NCBI GenBank assembly: GCA_963752285.1
Contig: CAVVXN010000001.1
Span: 352,001-416,000 of the forward strand
Origin: an uncultured Planctomycetota bacterium
GTDB taxonomy: Bacteria > Planctomycetota > PLA2 > JAEUHO01
DNA: 64,000 bases
Reading direction: 5' to 3'
Positions within the stretch are counted from its first letter, which is position 1, and every line of letters begins with the position of its first letter. Shown piece after piece: positions 9,731-17,899 of this stretch. The translations under genes were made by a program, and so were the position numbers. The notes beneath the pieces were generated by a model, which was given only the letters and a program-made list of their open reading frames with translations, was not told the DNA's origin and searched no databases.

Positions 9731-11374
9731 ATGGTCGATGCGGTGGGAGAGGGGCCGGGGGGGAACGCCGCGGGCGAGGGGCTCGGGCGCCGGCGCGCCG
9801 AGATGGCCCGGCACGAGGTCGGCTTCGCGTCGGAGCTCCGGGGGTTCCTCCAGCGCCGGCTCCGTCTCGTGGTGGCCTTCCTCGGCGCGGCGAGCGGGGC
9901 TCTCTTCGTCGTGAGCCGGCTCGCCGACGCCGCCACCCACGGCTTCGTCTGGGCGAACCTCCTCCAGCCGGCGTCGCTGGTGCACCTCGGTGCGACGTGC
10001 CTGGCCGTTCCGATCTATCGACGCCTCCGCGGGAACCGGCTCGGCGCGCGGGCGCTCGCGTGGGCCGACGCGGCCATCGCGTCCCTGGTCATCGGCGCGT
10101 GCCTGGCCATCTACGCCCTCTCCTATCGGATCGGCGATCGGCAGCTCGTCCCGATCCTCGCGCTCCTCCTGATCGCGCGCCCGATCGTCCTCCCGAGCCG
10201 GGCGTGGCGGACGGTCGTCCTCTCGGCCCCCGCGCCGATCGGCATCCTCGCGATCCAGCTCGCGCACGGCGTCGTGTACACCGTGGACGGTTCCCCTTGG
10301 CCCGCGCAGGGCTACGTCGGCTACCTGCTGTGGGACCAGGCCACGATGCTGCTGGCCATCGCGCTCGCGGCGGGAGCGTCGCGCGTGCTGTACGAGCTCC
10401 GCGTTCGATCGTACGAGGCCGCCGAGCTCGGGCGCTATCGGATCGGGGGGCGGATCGGCGGCGGCGCGATCGGCGAGGTGTTCCGCGCGGAGCACGCGCT
10501 CATCCGGGCCCCCGTCGCCGTGAAGATCCTCCGTCCCGAGATCGCGGGCGAGAGGAACCTCGAACGGTTCGAGATGGAGGTGCGGCGCACGAGCCTCCTC
10601 ACGCACCCGAACACCGTCCGCATCTTCGACTTCGGCCTGACCGCGGACGGCCGCTTCTACTACGCGATGGAGCTCCTCGATGGTGCGGACCTCGAGCGCC
10701 TGGTCGAGGTCACCGGTCCCCTGCCGGCGTCGCGCGTGATCCACGTGCTGACGCAAGCGTGCGGTGCGCTCGGTGAAGCGCACGCGACGGGGCTCGTGCA
10801 CTGCGACGTGAAGCCCGCGAACCTCCTGCTCTGCCGCCGCGGCGGTCGCTACGACGTGTTGAAGGTCCTCGACTTCGGCCTGGCCCGGAACGTCCGTGGC
10901 CGCGAAGACCCGGACGACGACGACGGCGCGGTCTTCGGGACGCCGATGACGATGGCGCCCGAGGTGATCCGCGGCGAGGCGGTCGGTCCCGCCGCCGACC
11001 TGTACGCGCTCGGCGCCGTCGGGTACTACCTGGCGACGGGTACGCACCCGTTCTCCGGGCAAAGCGTGGGCGAGGTCCTGTCCCAGCACGTTCGAACGGA
11101 GCCGGAGTCGCCCACGTCCCGGCGCGCCGGCGTCCCCGCCGACCTCGCGTCCTGCCTCCTGAGCTGCCTCGCGAAGGACCCGGCGGACCGACCGGCGGGC
11201 GCCGGGCCCCTCGCCCGGATGCTCGGCGCGTGCGCCGACGCGGGGGGATGGACGGACGACGACGCGGCGTCCTGGTGGCGGGCGAACGCCTCACGCATCG
11301 AGGGCGTGGTCCCCTCGCTGTCGACGGGGGCCGTGGCGCCCGCGGCGGCTCCGAGCCGTGGGGCCGGACGGTAG
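9731..11374 (+). CDS. Membrane-anchored Hanks-type Ser/Thr protein kinase
   Basis: N-terminal multi-TM region; GGGAIGEVF, VAVK, HCDVKPAN, DFG, GTPMTMAPE, DLYALG motifs. Confidence 0.93.
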   Translation: MVDAVGEGPGGNAAGEGLGRRRAEMARHEVGFASELRGFLQRRLRLVVAFLGAASGALFVVSRLADAATHGFVWANLLQPASLVHLGATCLAVPIYRRLRGNRLGARALAWADAAIASLVIGACLAIYALSYRIGDRQLVPILALLLIARPIVLPSRAWRTVVLSAPAPIGILAIQLAHGVVYTVDGSPWPAQGYVGYLLWDQATMLLAIALAAGASRVLYELRVRSYEAAELGRYRIGGRIGGGAIGEVFRAEHALIRAPVAVKILRPEIAGERNLERFEMEVRRTSLLTHPNTVRIFDFGLTADGRFYYAMELLDGADLERLVEVTGPLPASRVIHVLTQACGALGEAHATGLVHCDVKPANLLLCRRGGRYDVLKVLDFGLARNVRGREDPDDDDGAVFGTPMTMAPEVIRGEAVGPAADLYALGAVGYYLATGTHPFSGQSVGEVLSQHVRTEPESPTSRRAGVPADLASCLLSCLAKDPADRPAGAGPLARMLGACADAGGWTDDDAASWWRANASRIEGVVPSLSTGAVAPAAAPSRGAGR

Positions 11375-11386
11375 GATCCCCCGGCG

Positions 11387-12049
11387 ATGCGCGTCGAGAC
11401 GACCTCCACCGTTCGGAGCCCGACCCGCGCGGACCCCGTCCACGTCGCTCTTCTGGTGTCCGCGCTCGTCGTCTTCGTGTGGTCCGGGCTCTTCCCCAAG
11501 AGCCGGTTCACGTGGATCTCCGAGACGTTTCCGGCCGTGATCGGGGGGGCGATCCTCGTGTTCACGTACCGGCGCTTCCGGTTCACGACGACGACGTACG
11601 TGCTCGTGTGGGTCTTCGCGCTGATCCTCGTGTGCGGCGGGCACTGGACGTACGCCGAGGTCCCGTTCGGGAGCTGGGCGCGCGACGCCTTCCACCTCTC
11701 CCGGAACCACTTCGACCGGGTGGGCCACTTCTTCCAGGGCGTCGTGCCCGCGGTACTCGTCCGCGAGCTCCTCGTCCGCACGACGCCGCTTCGCTCGCCA
11801 CGGTGGACGTCCTTCCTCGGCGTCGCCGTGGCCCTCGCGATCAGCGCCGCGTACGAGATCTTCGAGTGGCGCTACGCCGTCCAGTTCGGAGGCGAGGCGG
11901 CGACCGACTTCCTCGGGAGCCAGGGCGACCCGTGGGACGCGCAGGCCGACATGACGATGGCGCTCCTCGGCGCCGTGACGAGCCTGCTCCTGCTCGCGCG
12001 GTTCGGTCGGCCGCTCGTCCCGGCCGCCGGGGGGCCTCGGGAGCCGTAG
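11387..12049 (+). CDS. yjdF: DUF2238/YjdF family inner membrane protein
   Basis: TYAEVPFG, RNHFDRVGHF, YEIFEW, FLGSQGDPWDAQADM motifs. Confidence 0.88.
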   Translation: MRVETTSTVRSPTRADPVHVALLVSALVVFVWSGLFPKSRFTWISETFPAVIGGAILVFTYRRFRFTTTTYVLVWVFALILVCGGHWTYAEVPFGSWARDAFHLSRNHFDRVGHFFQGVVPAVLVRELLVRTTPLRSPRWTSFLGVAVALAISAAYEIFEWRYAVQFGGEAATDFLGSQGDPWDAQADMTMALLGAVTSLLLLARFGRPLVPAAGGPREP

Positions 12050-12068
12050 CGCCGGCGGGACCGGGAGG

Positions 12069-12419
12069 CTACGACGCGGGGCGCTCGATCTGGCGGAGGA
12101 TCCAGCGCGGGGCCGCGCCGCGGCGGCCGCCGCGTTCGCCCGAGAGCGTCACGATCGCGCCGCACGCGGTCCGCGCGCGCGTCACGTGGCGACGCACGTA
12201 CGTCTCGTCGCTTCCCGAGTGGCACGGTCCCACCTCGCGGTCCGCGGGTCCGAGCACCTCGACGACGTCGTACGTGCGACCGCGCCAAAGAAAGCGCCTG
12301 GGAATCCCCGGCTCGCCGCGCGCCATCGCGGCGGCGTCGAAGCGCCCCGTCTCGACCTCGACGGGCTCGAGGACCGTCTCGACGTGCAGGGGACGCGGCG
12401 CTACGGGCACGCCGGACAT
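12069..12419 (-). CDS. Small DUF6504-like protein
   Basis: C-terminal part of ORF 12069..13457 from ATG 12419: FDAAAMARGEPGIPRRFLWRGRTYDV...ETYVRRH...RWIL. Confidence 0.65.
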   Translation of the reverse strand: MSGVPVAPRPLHVETVLEPVEVETGRFDAAAMARGEPGIPRRFLWRGRTYDVVEVLGPADREVGPCHSGSDETYVRRHVTRARTACGAIVTLSGERGGRRGAAPRWILRQIERPAS

Positions 12420-12550
12420 CCTATCCGTCAGCGAACGGCAGGGCCCGCGAGGCCCGCCACCCGGCGGTTCCGCCTCTCGTACGTCCCATGGGCCTCCTGG
12501 AGGGGTGGCTCGGCCGCGCCGGGGGCCGGGTTCGGTTCCCCTGCGGGCCG

Positions 12551-13549
12551 TCACCGGAGGGGGGCGCGGAGGCCGATCGCCGAGAGGAGGATCCCCGCGG
12601 GAAGCGTCAGGAGCCGCCCGCCGCCGCGCCGCCGTGACCACCAGCAGCGGACCGCGAGCTGGCGCACGTACACGCGCAGCCACGGCCGGCGGGGGTGGCG
12701 CTCCACGTCGAGACGAAACCCGCCGTCCGGGCCGACCTCGACGCGGTGGAGCTCGAACGGACCGCGTGTGAGCGCGAGACCGTGCACGTCGCCGCCGTGC
12801 GCGTTCACGACGTACCGCACGCCGTTCACCTCGCGGTCGTAGGCCTCGTGGAGGTGCCCGCACACCACGAGGAGCGGCGGGCGGCGCTCGAGCGTCGCGA
12901 CCAGCCCGGCGAGGTCCGTGTCCGGCGGCGCGTCCGGGAGGTCCACGCGGCGCGGGGGCCGGTGGCAGACGGCGATCCACGGACCCGGCGTGGCGGCGAG
13001 CGTCTCCTCGAGCCACACCGACCACGCCTCGTACGCGCGCGGCACGGCGTCGTCGATGCCCACCACGGCGAGCACCCCGAGCCGCACGACCCAGCTCGGC
13101 GGCCCGAACCGGGCCGAAAACAGCTCGTAGCCCGCGGCGGGGTCGCGCACCCGGCGGGGGAAGAGGTCGTGGTTGCCCGGCACGACGCGGATCGGGGTCT
13201 CGATCCCGGCGTGCGCGAACGCGTCGAGGAGCGTGCCGTAGTAGGGCGCCTCGCCGTGGGCCACGAAGTCGCCGCTCGAGACCAGGAGGTCGGCGGGGCG
13301 GGCGGCGAGCGCCGCCGCGAGGGGGCGGACCACGTCGGCCACGCCGCGCTGCACGTCGCCGAGGAACGCGATCCGCACCAGGCCGCTGGGCCCGGGGCCG
13401 GCGGGCTCGGCCGAGAAGCACGGCGGCGCGGCGACGCGGCCGACGCGGACCGCCCACCAGGCGCCGGCCTCCACGACGAGGCCCCCGCCCAGCCAGAGCA
13501 AGGCGACGAGGAGGAGAAGCTCGGGCAAGAGCGTGATCTGCGCCGGCAC
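12551..13549 (-). CDS. Membrane-anchored calcineurin-like metallophosphoesterase
   Basis: GTG 13549; N-terminal TM; motifs GDVQ, SGDFV, PGNHD, CHRPP, GHLH. Confidence 0.85.
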   Translation of the reverse strand: MPAQITLLPELLLLVALLWLGGGLVVEAGAWWAVRVGRVAAPPCFSAEPAGPGPSGLVRIAFLGDVQRGVADVVRPLAAALAARPADLLVSSGDFVAHGEAPYYGTLLDAFAHAGIETPIRVVPGNHDLFPRRVRDPAAGYELFSARFGPPSWVVRLGVLAVVGIDDAVPRAYEAWSVWLEETLAATPGPWIAVCHRPPRRVDLPDAPPDTDLAGLVATLERRPPLLVVCGHLHEAYDREVNGVRYVVNAHGGDVHGLALTRGPFELHRVEVGPDGGFRLDVERHPRRPWLRVYVRQLAVRCWWSRRRGGGRLLTLPAGILLSAIGLRAPLR

Positions 13550-13672
13550 GGGCGGGAGTGTACGGGCGGTGACCCGACCTCGGCCGGCGCGGTCCGGCGC
13601 GACGATCCGGCCTCCCGGCCGACGCCCCGACGAAGGGGGCGCCGGGGGGCGCCGCGGGTAGGGTTTCCCCCC

Positions 13673-14434
13673 GTGCCCGACGGCCTGCCCCCGCCGCCCG
13701 ACCTTTCGCTCGTCGTCCCGGTCCACGACGAGGAGGGGAACCTCCACGCCCTCTGGGACGAGATCCGCGGGCTCCTCGACGGGCTCGGGGAGACCGTCGA
13801 GGTGATCTTCGTGAACGACGGGTCCTCGGACGGGAGCGGGCGCATGCTCGACGAGATCCGGGCCACGGACCCGCGCGTCCGGGTTCTCGACCACGACCGG
13901 AACCACGGGCTCACCGCCGCGCTCGACTGCGGGTTTCGCCACGCGCGGGGCGCGGTGATCGGCATGCTCGACGCCGATCTCCAGAACCCGCCCGGGGAGA
14001 TCGCGCGCCTGCTCCCCGCCCTCGCCGAGGCCGACATGGTGATCGGTTGGCGGAAGGATCGGGACGACCCCTTCGTGAAGCGGGTCTCCTCGAAGATCGC
14101 GAACGCCTATCGGAACCGCCGCACGAGAGAGCACGTGCACGACACGGGCTGCGGTCTCAAGGTGTTCCGTCGCGAGGTCCTCGACCGGGTGAAGCTCTAC
14201 GACGGGCTCCACCGCTTCCTCCCCACGCTGGCGCGGATGGAGGGTTTCCGGGTGGCCGAGGTGGTGGTGAAACACCGACCGCGCGCGAGCGGCCGGAGCC
14301 ACTACGGCATCTGGAACCGGCTCGGGAAGGGCCTCGCCGACGTCCGCGCGATCCGCTGGATGTGGCGGAACCACCTCACGTGGAAGGCCGTCGAGCGCCC
14401 GCCGATCCCGCGCGGGCCGGAGAGGGCGCCTTGA
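13673..14434 (+). CDS. Glycosyltransferase family 2, ArnC/polyprenyl-phosphate sugar transferase-like
   Basis: LSLVVPVHDE, VNDGSSDGS, NHGLTAAL, LDADLQNPP, DTGCGLK, HRFLP motifs. Confidence 0.92.
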   Translation: MPDGLPPPPDLSLVVPVHDEEGNLHALWDEIRGLLDGLGETVEVIFVNDGSSDGSGRMLDEIRATDPRVRVLDHDRNHGLTAALDCGFRHARGAVIGMLDADLQNPPGEIARLLPALAEADMVIGWRKDRDDPFVKRVSSKIANAYRNRRTREHVHDTGCGLKVFRREVLDRVKLYDGLHRFLPTLARMEGFRVAEVVVKHRPRASGRSHYGIWNRLGKGLADVRAIRWMWRNHLTWKAVERPPIPRGPERAP

Positions 14435-15081
14435 TCCACGTCCTCCTCGCCTTCCAGGTGTGGGACGCGTTCGGCTGGGTGGGGCAGGTGCTCTTCACGC
14501 TGCGCGTCGTCCACCAGTGGTACCAGTCGGAGCGCGCGGGCCAGAGCCACGTGACCGCCGCGTTCTGGTGGTACTCGCTCGCCGGGACGGTCGCGAGCCT
14601 GGTCTACGTCGTGTACCGCCAGGATCCCGTGTTCATCTCGGGGTTCCTCGTGAACGGGTTCCTCTACGCGCGGAACCTGTCGCTCTCCCGGCCGTCGCGC
14701 GAGGGCCGGCGCCGCGGGAGCCCCGTCGCTCCGCTGCTGCTCGGCCTCGTCGTGTTCGGCGCGGTGACGGTGTGGTCGGTCGCGCAAAACGACCGCATCG
14801 TCTCGTACGACCATCCTCTCGCGTGGCTCGTGGTGGGTTTCACCGGCCAGGTGCTCTGGACGAGCCGCTTCCTCGTGCAGTGGTACGTGAGCGAGCGGCT
14901 GGGGCGGAGCGTGCTCCCGCCGGTGTTCTTCTGGATCAGCCTCGCCGGCGCGCCGTTCCTCTTCGCGTGGGCGGTCTACCGGGTGGACTGGGTGATGATG
15001 GCGGCCTACGCCCTGAACCCGCTCCCGTACGTCCGAAACCTCGTGCTCCTCCGGCGCGAGCGCGAGGCCACGACGGCGTGA
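14431..15081 (+). CDS. Membrane protein with two LAB_N (lipid A biosynthesis N-terminal) domains
   Basis: TTG overlaps the GT2 stop. Two copies of GQ.LF..R...QWY.SER.G.S..p..FW..SLAG. Confidence 0.88.
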   Translation: MIHVLLAFQVWDAFGWVGQVLFTLRVVHQWYQSERAGQSHVTAAFWWYSLAGTVASLVYVVYRQDPVFISGFLVNGFLYARNLSLSRPSREGRRRGSPVAPLLLGLVVFGAVTVWSVAQNDRIVSYDHPLAWLVVGFTGQVLWTSRFLVQWYVSERLGRSVLPPVFFWISLAGAPFLFAWAVYRVDWVMMAAYALNPLPYVRNLVLLRREREATTA

Positions 15082-16733
15082 GCCCGCGCGCGGCCCCGCG
15101 CGTCGCCCTCCTCGCCACGGCGCTCGCCGACCCGCTCGCGCCGGCCGCGCGGAGGCCCGCCGGCCGTGCGGTGTTCGCGCTCCTCCTCGTGTTCGCCGCG
15201 TTCTGGGACCTCGGCGGCCGGAGCCTCCACGACCTCGACCTCCCGCGCTTCGCCGTGATCGCCGAGGAGACGGTCGCGACCGGCTCCTGGCTCGTGCCGC
15301 CGCAGTACGGCGAGGCGTACGCGAACAAGCCGCCGCTCTACCCCTGGCTCGTCGCGGTCCCGACCGCGATCGCGGGCGAGGCGACGCCGCTCGGGACCCG
15401 TTGGCCGTGTGCGCTCGGGTTCCTCCTCCTCGCCTTCGCGACCGCCGCGTGGGCGCGCCACCGGACCGGTTCGGCCGCGGCGGGACGCGTCGCGGCGCTG
15501 CTCGTCGCGACCACGTACGTCGTCGTGCTGCTCCGTCGCGAGAGCCGGCCCGACATGCTCGCGACGGGACTCTCGGTCGCGGGTGCGTTCCTCGTGGACC
15601 GCGCGGCGTCCGGCCGGGGACGTCCGCGGGACGCCCTCGGGGCGGGGCTCGTGCTCGGCCTCGCGGTGCTCGCGAAGGGCCCCGCGACGCTCCTCCTCCC
15701 CTTCGCGGCGTGGCTTCTCCCCTCCGAGGGCCGTTCGACCCGCGCGCGGTTCCTGGCGGCGCGCCCGCTCGTCGTCCTCTCCCTGCTCCTCCTCGTCGTC
15801 CTCGCGTGGCTCGTGCCGGCCGCGATCGTCTCGGGGCCGGCGTGGACGCGGGCGCTCGTCGTGGACCAGGTGGCGAGCCGCCTCGCGGGCACCGCGAACA
15901 AGGTCGAGCCGGCGACGTACTACCTGGTTCGGTTCCTCGACGCCGGGCTCCCCTGGACCTGGCTCTACCTCGCCGCGTTCGCGCTGCCGTTCACCCGGGC
16001 CGGCCGCCGCGCGCTCGCGCCCGTGCTCTCGCTGGTCGGCGCGGCCGCCGTGACGCTCGCCGTCTTCTCGCTCGTCCCCACGAAGCAGGTGCGCTACGTC
16101 GCGGCCGTGTTCGCGCCGCTCGCCGTGGTCGGCGGGCATCTCGTCGCGCGTCACCTCCTCGGTCCCGCACGGCCCGGGTGGACCCGCTTTCGCGCCCACC
16201 TGCGCGTCGCGTCGGTGCCGGTGGCCGCGGGCCTCGTCGCGGCCGGCGCGTTCGTCCGCGGTGCGCCCCCTTTGCTGCTCCTCCCGGTCGCGCTGGTCCT
16301 CGCGGTCTCGTTCGGACTCGCGCCGTCCCCCGTCGATCCCCGCGGTGCCCGTCGCGCGTCCGTGGGGTCGCTGCTCGTGCTCGGGGTCGTCCTCCTCTCG
16401 GCCGCCGGGATCCTCCGCGACCGCTTCCGCGTGCGGGAAGGCGATCGCTTCCAGAACGACCTCGAGGTGCTCGGCCTCACGGACCGGCCGTTCGTGGTGG
16501 TGTCGCCCCTCGTGCCCGACCGCGTCTGGCCCGCGGTGCGCGGCGCGAGGATCGCGTCCGGTCCCGAGGCCGTGCCCCCTTCGCGCGACCGGCCCCGACT
16601 CGACGTGCTCTGCCTCGGCGAGGACCGCGCCGCCGTGGAGCACGCGCGCGGCGACGACGCGCGGCTCCTCGGCCGATGGCCCGAGGCGGCGCGCGGCGAG
16701 GGCGTCGTCCTGCTCCGGTTCGGGGGCGGGTAG
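15078..16733 (+). CDS. ArnT/PMT-like (GT-C) lipid-linked sugar transferase
   Basis: GTG overlaps the upstream stop; multi-TM; RFAVIAEE, NKPPLYPW, PDML, LAVLAKGP, KQVRY motifs. Confidence 0.85.
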   Translation: MSPRAAPRVALLATALADPLAPAARRPAGRAVFALLLVFAAFWDLGGRSLHDLDLPRFAVIAEETVATGSWLVPPQYGEAYANKPPLYPWLVAVPTAIAGEATPLGTRWPCALGFLLLAFATAAWARHRTGSAAAGRVAALLVATTYVVVLLRRESRPDMLATGLSVAGAFLVDRAASGRGRPRDALGAGLVLGLAVLAKGPATLLLPFAAWLLPSEGRSTRARFLAARPLVVLSLLLLVVLAWLVPAAIVSGPAWTRALVVDQVASRLAGTANKVEPATYYLVRFLDAGLPWTWLYLAAFALPFTRAGRRALAPVLSLVGAAAVTLAVFSLVPTKQVRYVAAVFAPLAVVGGHLVARHLLGPARPGWTRFRAHLRVASVPVAAGLVAAGAFVRGAPPLLLLPVALVLAVSFGLAPSPVDPRGARRASVGSLLVLGVVLLSAAGILRDRFRVREGDRFQNDLEVLGLTDRPFVVVSPLVPDRVWPAVRGARIASGPEAVPPSRDRPRLDVLCLGEDRAAVEHARGDDARLLGRWPEAARGEGVVLLRFGGG

Positions 16734-16781
16734 CCCGCGCGGTCGCGCGGGGTAGACTCCGCGACCCACGGAGGTTTTCGC

Positions 16782-17744
16782 GTGCACGTCCTCGTGACCG
16801 GCGCCGCCGGTTTCATCGGCTCGACGCTCGCCGACCGTCTGCTCGAGCTCGGGCACGACGTGACGGCGGTGGACTCGTTCCACCCGTACTACGAGCGCGC
16901 GATCAAGGAGCGGAACGCCGCGGGCATGAAGGCGCACGCGCACTGCCGCTTCCTCGAGATCGACCTCGCGTCCGCCGACCTCTCCGGGGCGCTCGACGGC
17001 GTGGAGGCGGTCGTGCACCTCGCCGCGCAGGCCGGCGTGCGCGGGTCGTGGGGCACGTCGTTCTCGACGTACCTCGACGCGAACGTCCTCGCCACGCAGC
17101 GCCTGCTCGAGGCCTCGCGGGGCCGCCGACTCGCGGTCTGGGTCTACGGCTCGAGCGCGAGCGTCTACGGCGACGGCGCGACGGACGCCGTGGACGAGTC
17201 GCGCCTCCCCGCGCCGCACAGCCCGTACGGCGTGACGAAGCTCGCCGGTGAGCATCTCGCGCATCTCTACCGCGCGGTGCACGGCGTCCCGACGACGAGC
17301 CTCCGGTACTTCTCGGTGTACGGGCCGCGCGAGCGTCCGGACAAGGCGATCCAGCGGTTCCTCGTCGCGGCACGCGACGGGGGCGAGATCCGGGTCTTCG
17401 GCGACGGGAGCCAGCGCCGCGACTTCACGTTCGTGGGCGACGCGGTCGCGGCCACCCTGGAGGCGCTTCGCCGCGCGCCGGTCGGAGAGACCCTGAACGT
17501 CGCGCGCGGCTCCACCGTGCCCCTCTCCGACGTCCTCGAGATCGTCCGTCGCGTCACGGGGGCGACGCCGAGGGTCGAGCGGCAGGGGACCGAGGCGGGG
17601 GACGTCCGCGTGACCTCGGCGGTGATCGACCGCGCCCGCCGGGTCCTCGGGTACGAACCCGAGGTGGACCTCGAGGCGGGAATCCGCCGACAGTGGCGCC
17701 ACGTCCTCGACGCGGCCGGGGAGCTCCCGACCGGACGGCGTTGA
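16782..17744 (+). CDS. NAD-dependent nucleotide-sugar epimerase (UDP-glucuronate 4-epimerase-like)
   Basis: GAAGFIG, HLAAQAGVR, SSASVYG, YGVTK, VYGPRERPD, RDFT motifs. Confidence 0.92.
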   Translation: MHVLVTGAAGFIGSTLADRLLELGHDVTAVDSFHPYYERAIKERNAAGMKAHAHCRFLEIDLASADLSGALDGVEAVVHLAAQAGVRGSWGTSFSTYLDANVLATQRLLEASRGRRLAVWVYGSSASVYGDGATDAVDESRLPAPHSPYGVTKLAGEHLAHLYRAVHGVPTTSLRYFSVYGPRERPDKAIQRFLVAARDGGEIRVFGDGSQRRDFTFVGDAVAATLEALRRAPVGETLNVARGSTVPLSDVLEIVRRVTGATPRVERQGTEAGDVRVTSAVIDRARRVLGYEPEVDLEAGIRRQWRHVLDAAGELPTGRR

Positions 17745-17899
17745 CGATCCCCGGGATCGGGCACGCCCGTTGCCACGGGGAGGGCGACGGCTACCGGTGG
17801 GGAGGGTCCCCGCGGGGCCGCGGGCGGGGTCCGCGTCGCCAGCCGGCGCGCTCCCGGGCTAGGATGGCGGTCGTTGGGTGAGGGCGGAACGGAGGCCCG

